A DNA stretch of 64,000 bases from an uncultured Planctomycetota bacterium (lineage in GTDB: Bacteria; Planctomycetota; Planctomycetia; Isosphaerales; Isosphaeraceae). Position numbers and translations under genes: made by a program. The notes under the pieces were generated by a model. It made no database searches and had not been told where the DNA came from. It saw nothing but the letters and a program-made list of their open reading frames with translations. The stretch is taken from assembly GCA_963737655.1 (NCBI GenBank), contig CAVTTN010000002.1, positions 1,280,001 to 1,344,000 of the forward strand. The letters run 5' to 3'. Numbering within the stretch: the first letter of the stretch is position 1; each line of letters begins with the position of its first letter. Positions 10,144 to 20,321 of the stretch are shown here, in pieces.

Positions 10144-10806
10144 TCAGGCCAACCGGCCTCGCCGTCGCGAAGCCAGCGCCGAGGCCCCTCCCACCACGAT
10201 CAGCAAGGCCGAGGCCGGCTCGGGCACCGAATTGGCGACCCGGAGATTGTCGATCCCGAAGCTCGGAGCGGCCGAGGTGATCTCGATCCGGTCGAACGGG
10301 ACCGACCCGGTGCCCAGTTCCAGGGAGCCCTGAGGAAACGACGTGTACGGGTGAGGCGAGACGCCGCTCGTGGACGCGGAGCCGACGAGCGAGGCGCCCT
10401 CATAGGCGGTCACGGTGATCACCGCCCCCGGCGTGTTGCCCGGCTGGAGGTCGCCGGTGACGAAGTCGAAGCGGACGTCGTAGAGCGAGGCGGCCGACGC
10501 CCCGACGGTGAACGTGACGTCCAGGGCGATGTTCGCCGAGGGGCTCACGCCGTTGTCGCCCAGGTAATGCCCGGACATCGGCGCGACGAGGTTGACCGCG
10601 TTCTGGACCCCGAAGCTGCCGCCCGCGCCGGCGGCCGGAGTGCTGAAGGTGGCGGTGGTCCCCGAGTCGGTCAGGGAAAACGGCGTGTAGGTGGTGTAGA
10701 GAGGGGAGGAGTCGAAATCATAGGTCGCATACCCGGCCTCGGCCCGGCCGGGCGAGATCGCCCAGGCGGCCAGGAAGACCGCAGCCGCTCTCGACAAGGT
10801 CCGCAT
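10144..10806 (-). CDS. PEP-CTERM sorting-domain protein
   Basis: Signal peptide ending AEA, and C-terminal VPEPASALLIVVGGASALASRRRGR. Confidence 0.9.
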   Translation of the reverse strand: MRTLSRAAAVFLAAWAISPGRAEAGYATYDFDSSPLYTTYTPFSLTDSGTTATFSTPAAGAGGSFGVQNAVNLVAPMSGHYLGDNGVSPSANIALDVTFTVGASAASLYDVRFDFVTGDLQPGNTPGAVITVTAYEGASLVGSASTSGVSPHPYTSFPQGSLELGTGSVPFDRIEITSAAPSFGIDNLRVANSVPEPASALLIVVGGASALASRRRGRLA

Positions 10807-10932
10807 CGAGTGAGCCCCCTTCGAGGTCCCCCGGCCGATCGGCCGACGGGTGAGGGACTAACCTAGCCGGACTCCACATCCTTTTCCAGTAAGAATCCCT
10901 GAAAATGGCCCCCCGCCCGGCCCGGCTGGCGG

Positions 10933-13050
10933 TCATTCCGCCTCCGAGACGAGGATGACCAGGCTCCTCGACTCGACACGGTATCGGTGGAGGACCGGGA
11001 CGACCGGGCCTTCGTCGAGGCCGAGGGCGTCGTCGGGCGAGGGCAGGGCGGTGTCCACCGTCCTCCTCCAGGGGCGGGCGGTGGGGGAGGCCGGGACCCG
11101 GAACGTGAGCGGCTCCCAGTAGGCGTTCAGGGCGACGTAGAAGTCGCGATCGATCACGCCGGGGCGGTCGGTCTGGCGGCCGTCCAGGGTAAACGCCAGG
11201 GCACGGCTGTCGTGCGAGAAGTCCGGCTTGCACGGCTCGATGCCGTGCCAGGCCACGTCGGGCGGCCCTCCGCGAGAGCCTCCGTGGAAGAACGTCTTGC
11301 GCCGGAGGGCCGGGTGCCGAAGCCTCAGGGCGATCATCTGGCGGACGAACCGGAGGAAGTCCTCATTGGACTCGGCGAGCCTCCAATCGACCCAGCTCGT
11401 GGGATTGTCCTGGCACCAGGCGTTGTTGTTACCGCCCTGGGTACGCAGGAACTCGTCGCCGCCGAGGATCATCGGCACGCCCTGGGAGATCAACAGGGTG
11501 GCCATCAGGTTGCGGGCCTGGCGGCCTCGGAGGGCCTCGACCTTCGGGTCATTGGTCGGCCCCTCGGCGCCGCAGTTCCAGCTCCAGTTGGCGTCGCTGC
11601 CGTCGCGGTTGCACTCGCCGTTGGCCTCGTTGTGCTTGAGGTTGTAGGAGACGAGGTCGCGGAGGGTGAACCCGTCGTGGCAGGTCACGAAGTTCAGCGA
11701 GTGGAGCGGGCCTCGGCCGTGGTAGAGGTCGTCCGAGCCGCAGACGCGGGTGGCCAGGGCGGAGGCCATCCCGGGTTCCCCCCTCCAGAACTTGCGGACG
11801 TCGTCGCGATACTGGCCGTTCCAGACGCTCCACCTCGGCCCTCCCGGGAAGCTGCCGACCTGGTACAGGCCGCCGGCGTCCCACGGCTCGGCGATCAGCT
11901 TGGCGTCGGCCATGAGCGCGTCCTCGGAGATCATCTCGATCACCGGGGGCTGCACCAGGACCTGGCCCTTCGCGTCCCGGCCGAAGACGCTGGCCAGGTC
12001 GAACCGGAACCCATCGATGACCGCCTCGGCCACGAGGTTCCTCAGGCACGACAGGATCATGTAGCGGACGACCGGGTGATTGCTGTTGACCGAGTTGCCG
12101 CAGCCGCTGAAATTCATGTAGCGGCCGCGGTCGTCCAGCATGTAATAGAGGCTGTTGTCCAGGCCCTTGAAGTGGTAGGTCGGGCCGTTCTCGTTCCCCT
12201 CGGCGGTGTGGTTGAAGACGACGTCGAGGATGACCTCGATGCCCGCCTGGTGGAAGGCGCGGATCATCCGCCGGAACTCCTCCCACGGCGCGGACCGCTC
12301 CGGGTTGCTCGAATACGCGGCCTTGGGCGCGGCGAAGGCGATGGTGTTGTATCCCCAGAAGTTCTTCAGGCGTTCGCCGGTCAGGGGATTGACATAGGCG
12401 CAATCGTTCTCGTCGAACTCGTCGATCGGCAGGAGCTCGACGGCCGTGATGCCCAGGGCCTTCAGGTACGGGATCTTCTCGATCAGGCCGGCGAACGTCC
12501 CGGGACGGCGGACCTGGCTGGAGGGGTCGGCGCTGAAGCCGCGGACGTGGAGCTCGTAGACGATCGTGTCCTGGCGGGGGATGCGGAGGTGGAGGTCTTC
12601 CTCGTCGGAGCCGATCCCGCGATTGACCAGGCTGCGGCGGGGGGTCCCGCTGCCGGCCTCGCCCCAGGGCCGGCCGCACGAGAGCGACCGGGCCGCCGGG
12701 TCCAGCAGGATCGCCGAGGGGTCGTAGCGATGCATCGGCCCTTCGGGCCCGGCCACCCGGTAGCCGTAGCAGACCTCCTCGGGCAGGCCGCTCACGCGGA
12801 GATGCCAGTGGTCGCCGGTCCGGTGATAGGCCGGGTCCAGCGGGATCTCCACGGCGGTCTCGGCGCTGCACGGCTCGGACAGGACGAGCGTCACGGCCGT
12901 GGCGTGCCGGCTGATGACCGCGAAGTTGATCCCCTCGCCCACGCGGCTGGCGCCCAGGGGGATGGGGTGCCCCCGGCCGACGCTCAGCGGGTGGGGGCCG
13001 AAGGAGGTGGCGGGCGCCGTCGGCGCGAGCGGATGGAGATTCGTCGGCAT
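10933..13050 (-). CDS. glgX: Glycogen debranching enzyme (isoamylase, GH13)
   Basis: NFWGYNTIAF, DVVFNHTAEG, DGFRFDLAS, IAEPWD, NFVTCHDGFTL and RTQGGNNNAWCQDN motifs. Confidence 0.95.
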   Translation of the reverse strand: MPTNLHPLAPTAPATSFGPHPLSVGRGHPIPLGASRVGEGINFAVISRHATAVTLVLSEPCSAETAVEIPLDPAYHRTGDHWHLRVSGLPEEVCYGYRVAGPEGPMHRYDPSAILLDPAARSLSCGRPWGEAGSGTPRRSLVNRGIGSDEEDLHLRIPRQDTIVYELHVRGFSADPSSQVRRPGTFAGLIEKIPYLKALGITAVELLPIDEFDENDCAYVNPLTGERLKNFWGYNTIAFAAPKAAYSSNPERSAPWEEFRRMIRAFHQAGIEVILDVVFNHTAEGNENGPTYHFKGLDNSLYYMLDDRGRYMNFSGCGNSVNSNHPVVRYMILSCLRNLVAEAVIDGFRFDLASVFGRDAKGQVLVQPPVIEMISEDALMADAKLIAEPWDAGGLYQVGSFPGGPRWSVWNGQYRDDVRKFWRGEPGMASALATRVCGSDDLYHGRGPLHSLNFVTCHDGFTLRDLVSYNLKHNEANGECNRDGSDANWSWNCGAEGPTNDPKVEALRGRQARNLMATLLISQGVPMILGGDEFLRTQGGNNNAWCQDNPTSWVDWRLAESNEDFLRFVRQMIALRLRHPALRRKTFFHGGSRGGPPDVAWHGIEPCKPDFSHDSRALAFTLDGRQTDRPGVIDRDFYVALNAYWEPLTFRVPASPTARPWRRTVDTALPSPDDALGLDEGPVVPVLHRYRVESRSLVILVSEAE

Positions 13051-13141
13051 GAGCACGCCTTTGGTCCCGCCCCGCGGATCACGGGACGGCGATCATCATA
13101 GGGGTTCCGACCAGGGCACGCCACCCCGGATGGCGGACACC

Positions 13142-15645
13142 TCAGGCATGCCCCTTCTCGACCAGGTCGATCAGCTCTCGGCCGGTCATCCGGTGGGCGG
13201 CGTCGTGGGGGCACGCGTAGACGCAGCTCGGCTCCCCGCCGAGGTCGTGGCAGAGGTCGCAGGCCGTGGCCTTCTGCTGGACCACCGCCATCATCTTCCC
13301 CGGCCGGTTCGGGTCGGGGATGCGCTCGCCGGTGGGGAACGGGTGCATGTTGATGTTGCCATACGGGCAATTCTCGGCGCACTTGCCGCAGCCGATGCAC
13401 CAGTCCTCGATGATGATCTCCAGCGAGTCCCTCCGCCGGATCGACCCCACCGGGCAGCCGACCATGCAGTACGGGTCCAGGCACGACCGGCACGAGCTGG
13501 CCACGAGGAACTTGTCGAACCTCAGCCCCTCGCGGATCAATCGCGTGACGCCGTCGTGGGCGTCGGCGCAGGCCTTGGTGCACTCGTCGCACCTCGTGCA
13601 TTTCTGGAGGTCCAGGACGAGCAGGCTGTTGGCATTCATGAGCCCCTGGCTGAGGAACTCGCCCAGGGGGAGGCTGTCGGCGCGCTCTGGGCCCGGGCGT
13701 TCTCCTCCAGCCTCTTGATCGCCTCGCGGACCAGGGGCTCGCGGACCAGGGGGAAGCGGGCGAGGAGGTCGCGGAAGTCGGCCGCGGTGATCTGGACGAG
13801 GTCCACGTGGTCCAGGGCCGAGCACGTCGCCGTCCTCAGGCCGGGAGGGGCGAGCGCGCGGACCTCGGCAACGTCGCTCATCAGCGCGATCTCGCCGAAG
13901 TAGCCGCCGGGCCCGACGTAGGTGAGGACGTGGTCTCCGCCGGGCCTCTTCTGCGAGACCTTCACGAACCCGGTGCGGACGAGGTAGAACCCGTCCTCCG
14001 AGCGATCCCCCTGGCGGAAGATGATCTCGCCCGGGTCGCGCCTGGCGAGCTTGACCGTCTTCCTCAGGTCGTCCACGAACCGGCCGAACTCCGCCTCGTC
14101 GTCGCGGATCGTCGAGAAGATGCCGACGCTCCTCAGGTGGCTGGAGATCGCCCGCTCCCGGTACTTCTCCTCCAGCTTCGCCCGGAACGCCCGGCTCCTC
14201 TGCATGATGTACAGGACGTTCCTCAGGAGCTCCAGGACGACGGTTTCCTCGGCCGCGCGGACGGTCGCCGAGCGGGGGTAGGAGTTCATGCAGGTCATCT
14301 CGCCGAAGATGTCGCCGGGCCCGAGGGTCGCGGCCGGCCTGGCGTAGGCCAGCGCCACCGGGGCGTCGATCGCGATGAACCCGCGGTCCCCCTCCCCCTC
14401 GCGCGTCTCCTCGTTGCGAGAGACCAGGTCCACCGTCAGCTTCTTCATCAGGCCGAACAGCCCGCGACCCTTCTTGCCCGCCCGGTTGCGGGCGTGACTC
14501 ATCGAGGCATTCAGATAGATATCCACCGATCCCGACTCGATCAGGAACGCCGACGAGCCGAACTCGCCTTCGCGGCAGATGATCTCGCCCTTCTTGAAGG
14601 TCCGGCGGACGATCGAGCTCTCGTTCCACCTCAGGAACGCCGGGGAGGAGCCGCGGAACGCCCGGCGGATGTCGTCGATCGGGTGGCGGATCAGCTCTTC
14701 GGCGCGGATCTTCTGAGGGGGCGGCGAGATGTCCTCCCACGGCTTGGCGACGACCGTGACCTTGTTCGTCAGGGCGCCCGTGGGGCAGGAGATCATGCAT
14801 TCGCCGCACGCCACGCACGACGAGTTGCCCATCGGGTCATCGAGATCGAAGGCGATCTTCGCCTGATAGCCCTTCTTCGCCCGGCCGATGACCTGGTTGT
14901 CGCGGATGTCGTTGCAGCCCCGGACGCAGCGATCGCAGAGGATGCAGGCGTCGTGATCGACGGCGATCACCAGCGAGGAATCGTCCTTGGGCCGGGGGGC
15001 CCGGCGGCTGAACCGGGGCGTCCCGACCTGGAATTTCGCCGCGAGCTCCTCCAGCTCGCAATCGCCGGTCTGCTTCTGCTTGGCGCAGGGGGTGGGGTGG
15101 TCGGCCATCAGCAATTCGGTGACGGTGTTGACGGCCTGGCGGACGGTCTCGGAGGTGGCCATCGTGGCCACTTCCATCGTGTCCTCGACCCGGTGCTGGC
15201 AGGCCGGCAGGAGCTTCCTCTCGGTCTGCATCTTGCCGCGCTTGACCTTCGAGATCTCGACCACGCAGACGCGGCAGACGGCCACCGGGTCCATGTGCTC
15301 GCGGTGGCAGAGGATCGGGATCGGGTTGACCGGGCTGCTGGAGGCGCGGAAGGTGGTCCCGGCGGCGAAGAGGAGGGCGGCGGCGTCGTAGATCGTCGTC
15401 GGCCGGGGGATCACCTTCCCCTCGGCGTCCTTGAGGAACGTCCCCTGGGCGTCGGTGGCGGGGACGGCCTTCTTCACGGTGATCGTCCGGCCGTCGATCT
15501 TGATCGTGACGTCGCGGTCGAGGTCCTCGGCGGTGACCTTGTCCATCCGCAGGAGGCGGCCGTCGAGGTCCCGGGAGAAGAGCCCTTCCTCCTCCTCGCG
15601 ACGGGCCACCGAGGCCGGCAGGGTGCTCATCGTCCCAACGCTCAT
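13142..15645 (-). CDS. NuoG/HoxU-like Fe-S N-terminus + two cNMP-binding domains + 4x[4Fe-4S] ferredoxin domain, with an apparent 1-nt deletion at ~13688
   Basis: ORF 13636..15645 has PILCH..CRVC..LPAC, CILCDRCVRGC, CVACGECMISCP, FGEM..YPRSATV and FGEI..LRTAT. It continues in the frame of 13142..14818 with CTRCDECTKAC, CRSCLDPYCMVGC, CIGCGKCAENC and CDLC..PSCVYAC. ATGA overlap with the upstream gene. Confidence 0.85.
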
Positions 15646-17432
15646 CGCTTCACCTCCAGGGTGCGGAGCGGGTCATCCCCGCCGACGGCCGGGCTCGGGG
15701 CGGGTCGGAACGCGGTGCGGACGTAGCCGGCCATGTCGTCTCGGAAGTTGCGGATCACCGAGCCCAGAGGATTCGCCGCGACCATCCCCAGGCCGCAGAT
15801 CGACGCCATCTCCAGGGCCTTGCGGAGGTCCGCGACCATGTCCTCCACCGGCTCCAGGCCCACCCCGTCGTACCGGCCCCCGAGGAGGTCCGTGCCGATC
15901 TCCACGAGCTTCTGCGAGCCGATCCGGCACGGGACGCACTTGCCGCACGACTCGTTGCGGAAGAACTCGGTGCAGTTCAACGCCTGGTCGGCCATGTCGG
16001 CCGAGTCTCCGTAGACGACCAATCCGCCGCCGAGCATCAGGCCGAAGTCGCGGAACGCCTGGAGGTCCAGGGGCAGGTCGAGGATGTTCAGGAAGGGCTT
16101 GTCGCCGGTCTTGCCCTGGGCCGACCTGGGGAGGTCGGCCAGGGGGATTCGCGTCGGGAGGAAGCCTCCCGAGGGGCCCGACGTCGCCACGGCCTTGAGC
16201 CTCTGGCCGGACCTCATCCCCCCGGCGTATTTGCCGATGAGCTGGCCGAGGGTCGTCCCGTTGGCGACCTCGTACACGCCCGGCCTCGCCACGTCGCCGG
16301 AGATCGAGAAGAACCGGGCCCCCTTGCAGCCGCCCGTGCCCAGGTCGCGATACCAGGCCCCTCCGTGGTGGTAGATCGCGGGGACCCAGGCGAACGTCTC
16401 GACGTTGGAAAGGAGCGTGGGCTTGTCGTACAGGCCGTTGGTCTCCAGCAGGGGCGGCTTGTTCCGGGGCTCGGCGCGCTTGTCCTCCATCGCCTCGATC
16501 AGGGCGCTCTGCTCCCCGCAGATGTAGCCTCCGGGGGAGACGAAGACCTCGATCGGGAACGATCGGCCCGTGCCGAGCAGGTCCTCGCCGCAGACGCCCA
16601 TCCGCTCGGCCCGGCCGATCGCGGCGTTCACGGCCTCGATCTGGGGCTCGTATTCGTGGCGGATGTAGACATAACCGCGCTCGGCCCCGGTGAGCAGCCC
16701 GGCGAGGATCACGCCTTCGAGGACGAGGTGGGGCGTCCTCAGCAATAATTCGCGGTCCTTGAAGGTGCCGGGCTCGCTCTCGTCGCCGTTGACGACGACG
16801 TACTTGCGGTCCCCTCGGGCCTGGCGGACGTCGTGCCACTTCTGGTGGGCCGGGACGCCCGCGCCGCCCATCCCTCGGAGGTCGGAGGCCTTGAGCTGCT
16901 CGACGAGGTTGTCGGCGTCCTTGGTCTCGACGAATTTGCGGGCGGCGGCGTATTCCTCCCGGCCTTCATACGGGTCGATCCGCCATCCGGTGCGGACCGG
17001 CTCGGCGAAGGTGGGGTCGATCCGGGAGAATGGGTCGGAGCGGCCGGTTATCGCGTCCCGGAGCAGGGCCCGGCACTCGGCCAGGGTCTTGGACCGATAG
17101 ACATGATGGCCCACCATCACCGCCGGAGCGGCGTCGCACTGGCCCAGGCACGACACCCCCTTGATCTCGACCGATTCCCCCCCGCCGAGCTCGGCGGCCA
17201 TCTCCTTCAAGGACCGGAGGTAGTCCGGGGCCCCTCGGAGGTGGCAGGCCATGTCCCGGCACACCAGGAACTCGACGTCCGGGGGCGGCTCCATCCGGTA
17301 GTGAGGGAAGCAGCTCGCCACCTCATGGAGCCGATGCAACGGCACGCTCAGCCGCTCCGAGAGCGCCTTGAGCTCCGAGGCGGGCAGGTAGCCGTTCTTC
17401 TTCTGGATCGCGTGGAGTTCTTGTTGGATCAT
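15642..17432 (-). CDS. Fused NuoE/NuoF-like (HoxF-like) FMN/NAD(P)H diaphorase subunit
   Basis: VCRDMACH..SCLGQC [2Fe-2S], LRGMGGAG, NGDESEPGTFKDR, YICGEQSAL and ESCGKCVPCR..SICGLG. Start placed at ATG 17432 because the longer ORF start lies inside a repeat. Confidence 0.9.
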   Translation of the reverse strand: MIQQELHAIQKKNGYLPASELKALSERLSVPLHRLHEVASCFPHYRMEPPPDVEFLVCRDMACHLRGAPDYLRSLKEMAAELGGGESVEIKGVSCLGQCDAAPAVMVGHHVYRSKTLAECRALLRDAITGRSDPFSRIDPTFAEPVRTGWRIDPYEGREEYAAARKFVETKDADNLVEQLKASDLRGMGGAGVPAHQKWHDVRQARGDRKYVVVNGDESEPGTFKDRELLLRTPHLVLEGVILAGLLTGAERGYVYIRHEYEPQIEAVNAAIGRAERMGVCGEDLLGTGRSFPIEVFVSPGGYICGEQSALIEAMEDKRAEPRNKPPLLETNGLYDKPTLLSNVETFAWVPAIYHHGGAWYRDLGTGGCKGARFFSISGDVARPGVYEVANGTTLGQLIGKYAGGMRSGQRLKAVATSGPSGGFLPTRIPLADLPRSAQGKTGDKPFLNILDLPLDLQAFRDFGLMLGGGLVVYGDSADMADQALNCTEFFRNESCGKCVPCRIGSQKLVEIGTDLLGGRYDGVGLEPVEDMVADLRKALEMASICGLGMVAANPLGSVIRNFRDDMAGYVRTAFRPAPSPAVGGDDPLRTLEVKR

Positions 17433-17436
17433 CTTT

Positions 17437-17526
17437 GTAGGGTGCATGAAATGCACCATCTGGAATTGGATTCCCCGGGCCGCCGTCTCGGAGGGAATCG
17501 GGATGGGCGCATTTCATGCACGTTAC
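17437..17526. repeat. GTAG-type REP-like inverted doublet, copy 1
   Basis: gtagggtgcatgaaatgcacc at 17437-17457 and a degenerate inverted copy at 17506-17526. Confidence 0.75.
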
Positions 17527-19106
17527 GGGGCACCCTTGAGGAACCTCGGGATGTCCAGCGCATCGACGTCCCTGGCCATCGACGGGCCGGGCTTGCGGTC
17601 GCCTCCGTGGTAGCGGTGGCATTCGGTGCAGGCGTGGCCGGCCCCTCCGACGGGCTGGCCCGAGGCGTCTCGGCCCGCCGGGGCGTGGCACGAGGCGCAC
17701 ACGTCCATCCTCGGCAGGAGGACGTCCGCGTTGGTCGTCGATCTCTCGAAGGCGTCCTCGTGGCACGACCGGCAGGAGACCGCCCGGTGCGCCGAGTGGT
17801 CGAAGTTCGCGTGCTCGAACCAGATCGTCGGCACGTAAGTCGGCTCGATCTGGACTCCGTCGAGAGACTGCGACAGGTCGGGCGAGGACTTGCGGCCGGC
17901 GGGGGTGTCGTAGCCGTGGCATTCGGTGCAGGTGTTGTGACCCGGTCCGAACAGGAGCTTCTCGGCCACGGCCACCCTCGCCGCGATCTCCTTCCTGGCC
18001 GAGACCTCGACGGCCGAGGACTTGCCCGGGAAGCCCCGGCGGCCGTCGTCGATCTTCCTGGCCAGGGCCGGGTCGCCCTCCAGGGTCAGGCCCAGCGAGA
18101 GGTTCGTCAGCGCCTCATGCAGGGCCGACGGTTGGAGGCGGTGAGGGACCGTCACGACCTTCGTGCCCTCGCCTTGGGGCATCGGCACGTTCAGCGCGTG
18201 GCAGGCCGCGCAATCGGCCTGATACGTGATCGGCTTGATATAGGCGCCGGTGCCGGCCAGCGGTTGATCGGCCAAAGCGAGCACGCCCGATCGGGACGAC
18301 GCCGAAGGCAGGGCGCCGTTGTCCAGCCGGTGGCACGAGGCGCATTCCAGTTGAACGGCGTCCTCGGGCTTCTTGCCCGGGGCGTACCGTTCCCTCGCCG
18401 TCGCCGACGTCAATTGCCCGGCCCGGAAGATCGGCGAGCCGCCCTGGACGGTGGTGAGGCCCGGGGCCATGTGCAAGGCGTGGTTGAACTTGAGCGTCCC
18501 GGGGTCGACCGCCGACTCCTTCCCCTGCCGGAACAGGGCGAAGGCCGGGTGATCGCCGGGGAACGAGGTCACCTTCGCCGCGAACGCGCTCTTTCCGGCC
18601 TTGGTGTGCGAGTCCAGCGCCTTGTGGCAGGAGGTGCAGTCCGAATCCTCCAGCTTCACCAGGGACGCCTCGCGCCCCCGGTGGTCGCGGTGGCAGCCGG
18701 CGCACGAGACGTCGCTCGGGTCGTTCGCCTGCTGGGCCTGGTGATGGATCTCGACCTGATGGCAGTCGAGGCACTTGAGGTCCGCGCCCTTCGTCGAGCC
18801 GCCGACGGCCTTCGTCCAGGAATCGTCGCTGATCGGATGGAAATCGACGTGGCATGCCTCGCACCGGGCGTCCCACGAGGCGTGGACGGCCGCCACCGGG
18901 CCGTGGGAGTAGCGCATCCGGGCCGAGTCGCTCTCGGCCAGGAGCCCGCGGCCGCCGGGCCTGAGCCCGCTGGCCCACCAGCCCAGGGCCGCGATCAGGG
19001 CGAGGAACGTCAGCGAGAGCTTCGCCCTCATCAGCCGGTCGGGCGTCTTGAAATAGTCCAGCGGGATTCGCGAGGCCCGCTGCTTGCCGGTCTGACGGTT
19101 CGCCAT
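17523..19106 (-). CDS. Membrane-anchored decaheme cytochrome c
   Basis: One N-terminal TM helix and 10 CxxCH motifs (CEACH, CLDCH, CAGCH, CTSCH, CASCH, CAACH, CTECH, CRSCH, CASCH, CTECH). Confidence 0.9.
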   Translation of the reverse strand: MANRQTGKQRASRIPLDYFKTPDRLMRAKLSLTFLALIAALGWWASGLRPGGRGLLAESDSARMRYSHGPVAAVHASWDARCEACHVDFHPISDDSWTKAVGGSTKGADLKCLDCHQVEIHHQAQQANDPSDVSCAGCHRDHRGREASLVKLEDSDCTSCHKALDSHTKAGKSAFAAKVTSFPGDHPAFALFRQGKESAVDPGTLKFNHALHMAPGLTTVQGGSPIFRAGQLTSATARERYAPGKKPEDAVQLECASCHRLDNGALPSASSRSGVLALADQPLAGTGAYIKPITYQADCAACHALNVPMPQGEGTKVVTVPHRLQPSALHEALTNLSLGLTLEGDPALARKIDDGRRGFPGKSSAVEVSARKEIAARVAVAEKLLFGPGHNTCTECHGYDTPAGRKSSPDLSQSLDGVQIEPTYVPTIWFEHANFDHSAHRAVSCRSCHEDAFERSTTNADVLLPRMDVCASCHAPAGRDASGQPVGGAGHACTECHRYHGGDRKPGPSMARDVDALDIPRFLKGAP

Positions 19107-19134
19107 GAGCGGCCCTCGGACTGTCTCGATCCGG

Positions 19135-20112
19135 TCAGAGATAACGCAAGGCGACGACGATATGGACGAACATCAACGCGATCAGGGCCACCGACAGCGG
19201 CAGGTGGACGAGCAGCCAGTTGTGGAGCCAGAAGTGGAGCCGTTCCTGGCGGTCGAGCTGGCGGCGCTGCTCACACAGGCCCTCCATCGCGTCGATGGCC
19301 GGGTGGGCCCGGGGGTCCACCTTCGTCTTCAGGTCGGCGAACATGGCCGAGGCGCGGTCGGGGCGGCTCAGGGGCGAGCGCCCGAATCCTTCGTGATGCA
19401 GGAACGGCCCGGCCGTGGTCTCGAAGAACGATCGGAGGGCCTCGGAGTTGGCGATGGCCTCGCCGGCCGATCGCGTCTGGAGGACCTTGCCGCTGATCTT
19501 CCCCGCCGAGCGGACCGCGCCGACGACGAGATGGACCGTCCGGGGGTCGGCGTCGTCCTCGTCTTCCTCGGGGGTCGGCTTCCCGGGCACGGCCTCGGCC
19601 TTGCCGCAGGTGGCCTGGACCAGCCGGGTCGCTTCCTCGTGGTAGTGGCCGATGATCCGGGGGATCTGGGAGTGGATCGTCTCGGCCGGGATGTCCGCCA
19701 GCATGGTCTTCGGCAGGAGGTTCTGGAGCGCCAGGCCCCAGACCCCGCTGGCGATCACCACGAGGAACAATGCCATCAGGACCGTGCTGAGCGAGCCGCC
19801 CCACCGGAACCCGCTGTGGAGGACCAGGATCGGCAGGCTGAGCAGGCCGAGCCAGATGTGGGCCTTCATCCAGACCTTCACCCGCCCGAGCCGCCAGACC
19901 CTCAGCTTCTTCCTCGGCCAGAGGAGGAACTCGAACAGGCAGATCAGCCCGCCGATCACCCCGAAAGTGAACCCCGGCAGGCTCCCGCCGCCCAGGAAGC
20001 GAGACCGGGCGAGGCTCGCCACGGCGTACCAGAGCGTGGCGCCGAGGGTCGCCAGCGACGCGAATGCGAACCAGGCCCGATGGCCCTTCCAGTGCTCGGA
20101 ATCGATCAGCAT
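19135..20112 (-). CDS. Integral membrane protein, ferric-reductase-like putative di-heme b domain
   Basis: About 5 TM helices, with two His pairs each separated by 13 residues (AHIWLG..VLHSG and VHLPLS..FVHIV). Confidence 0.75.
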   Translation of the reverse strand: MLIDSEHWKGHRAWFAFASLATLGATLWYAVASLARSRFLGGGSLPGFTFGVIGGLICLFEFLLWPRKKLRVWRLGRVKVWMKAHIWLGLLSLPILVLHSGFRWGGSLSTVLMALFLVVIASGVWGLALQNLLPKTMLADIPAETIHSQIPRIIGHYHEEATRLVQATCGKAEAVPGKPTPEEDEDDADPRTVHLVVGAVRSAGKISGKVLQTRSAGEAIANSEALRSFFETTAGPFLHHEGFGRSPLSRPDRASAMFADLKTKVDPRAHPAIDAMEGLCEQRRQLDRQERLHFWLHNWLLVHLPLSVALIALMFVHIVVALRYL

Positions 20113-20321
20113 CGCCGGAAACGTCCCCCTCGGGGCGCCCTCGCCCCGTCATCGGGCCGTCGCGATCGGCAGGCCCCGCAGAACTCGCCCCCCGATCGTA
20201 GCGAAATTCCGGCGGAAGCCAACGGTTTACCCCCGGTTCCTTGATTTTCGGCCCGGAGGGGGGCATCTTCAGAGATATCGAACCGGCCGATGACGGCCGA
20301 GTCCCCGGGGAGGGTCCGGTC

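Noticed and set aside
10987..13101. Long antisense or alternative-frame ORFs (e.g. 10987..13101+, 16833..19496+, 42790..45903-, 48539..51619-, 59232..62003+)
   Set aside because: Shadow ORFs of high-GC coding genes. They are Arg/Gly/Pro-rich or mirror codon patterns, have no motifs and fully overlap well-supported genes.
13680..13695. Programmed ribosomal frameshifting in the Fe-S/cNMP gene and other split genes
   Set aside because: No slippery heptamers, and similar indels hit unrelated genes across the window, so assembly error is more likely.
13142..17432. Complex I (nuoEFG), formate dehydrogenase or hydrogenase operon
   Set aside because: No other nuo genes, no molybdopterin domain and no NiFe or H-cluster motifs, so gene symbols were withheld.
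17433..17459. N-terminal extension MVHFMHPTK of the NuoEF ORF, and similar MHP/MKCT peptides near 37840-37950
   Set aside because: These are translations of the REP-like repeat, not protein sequence.
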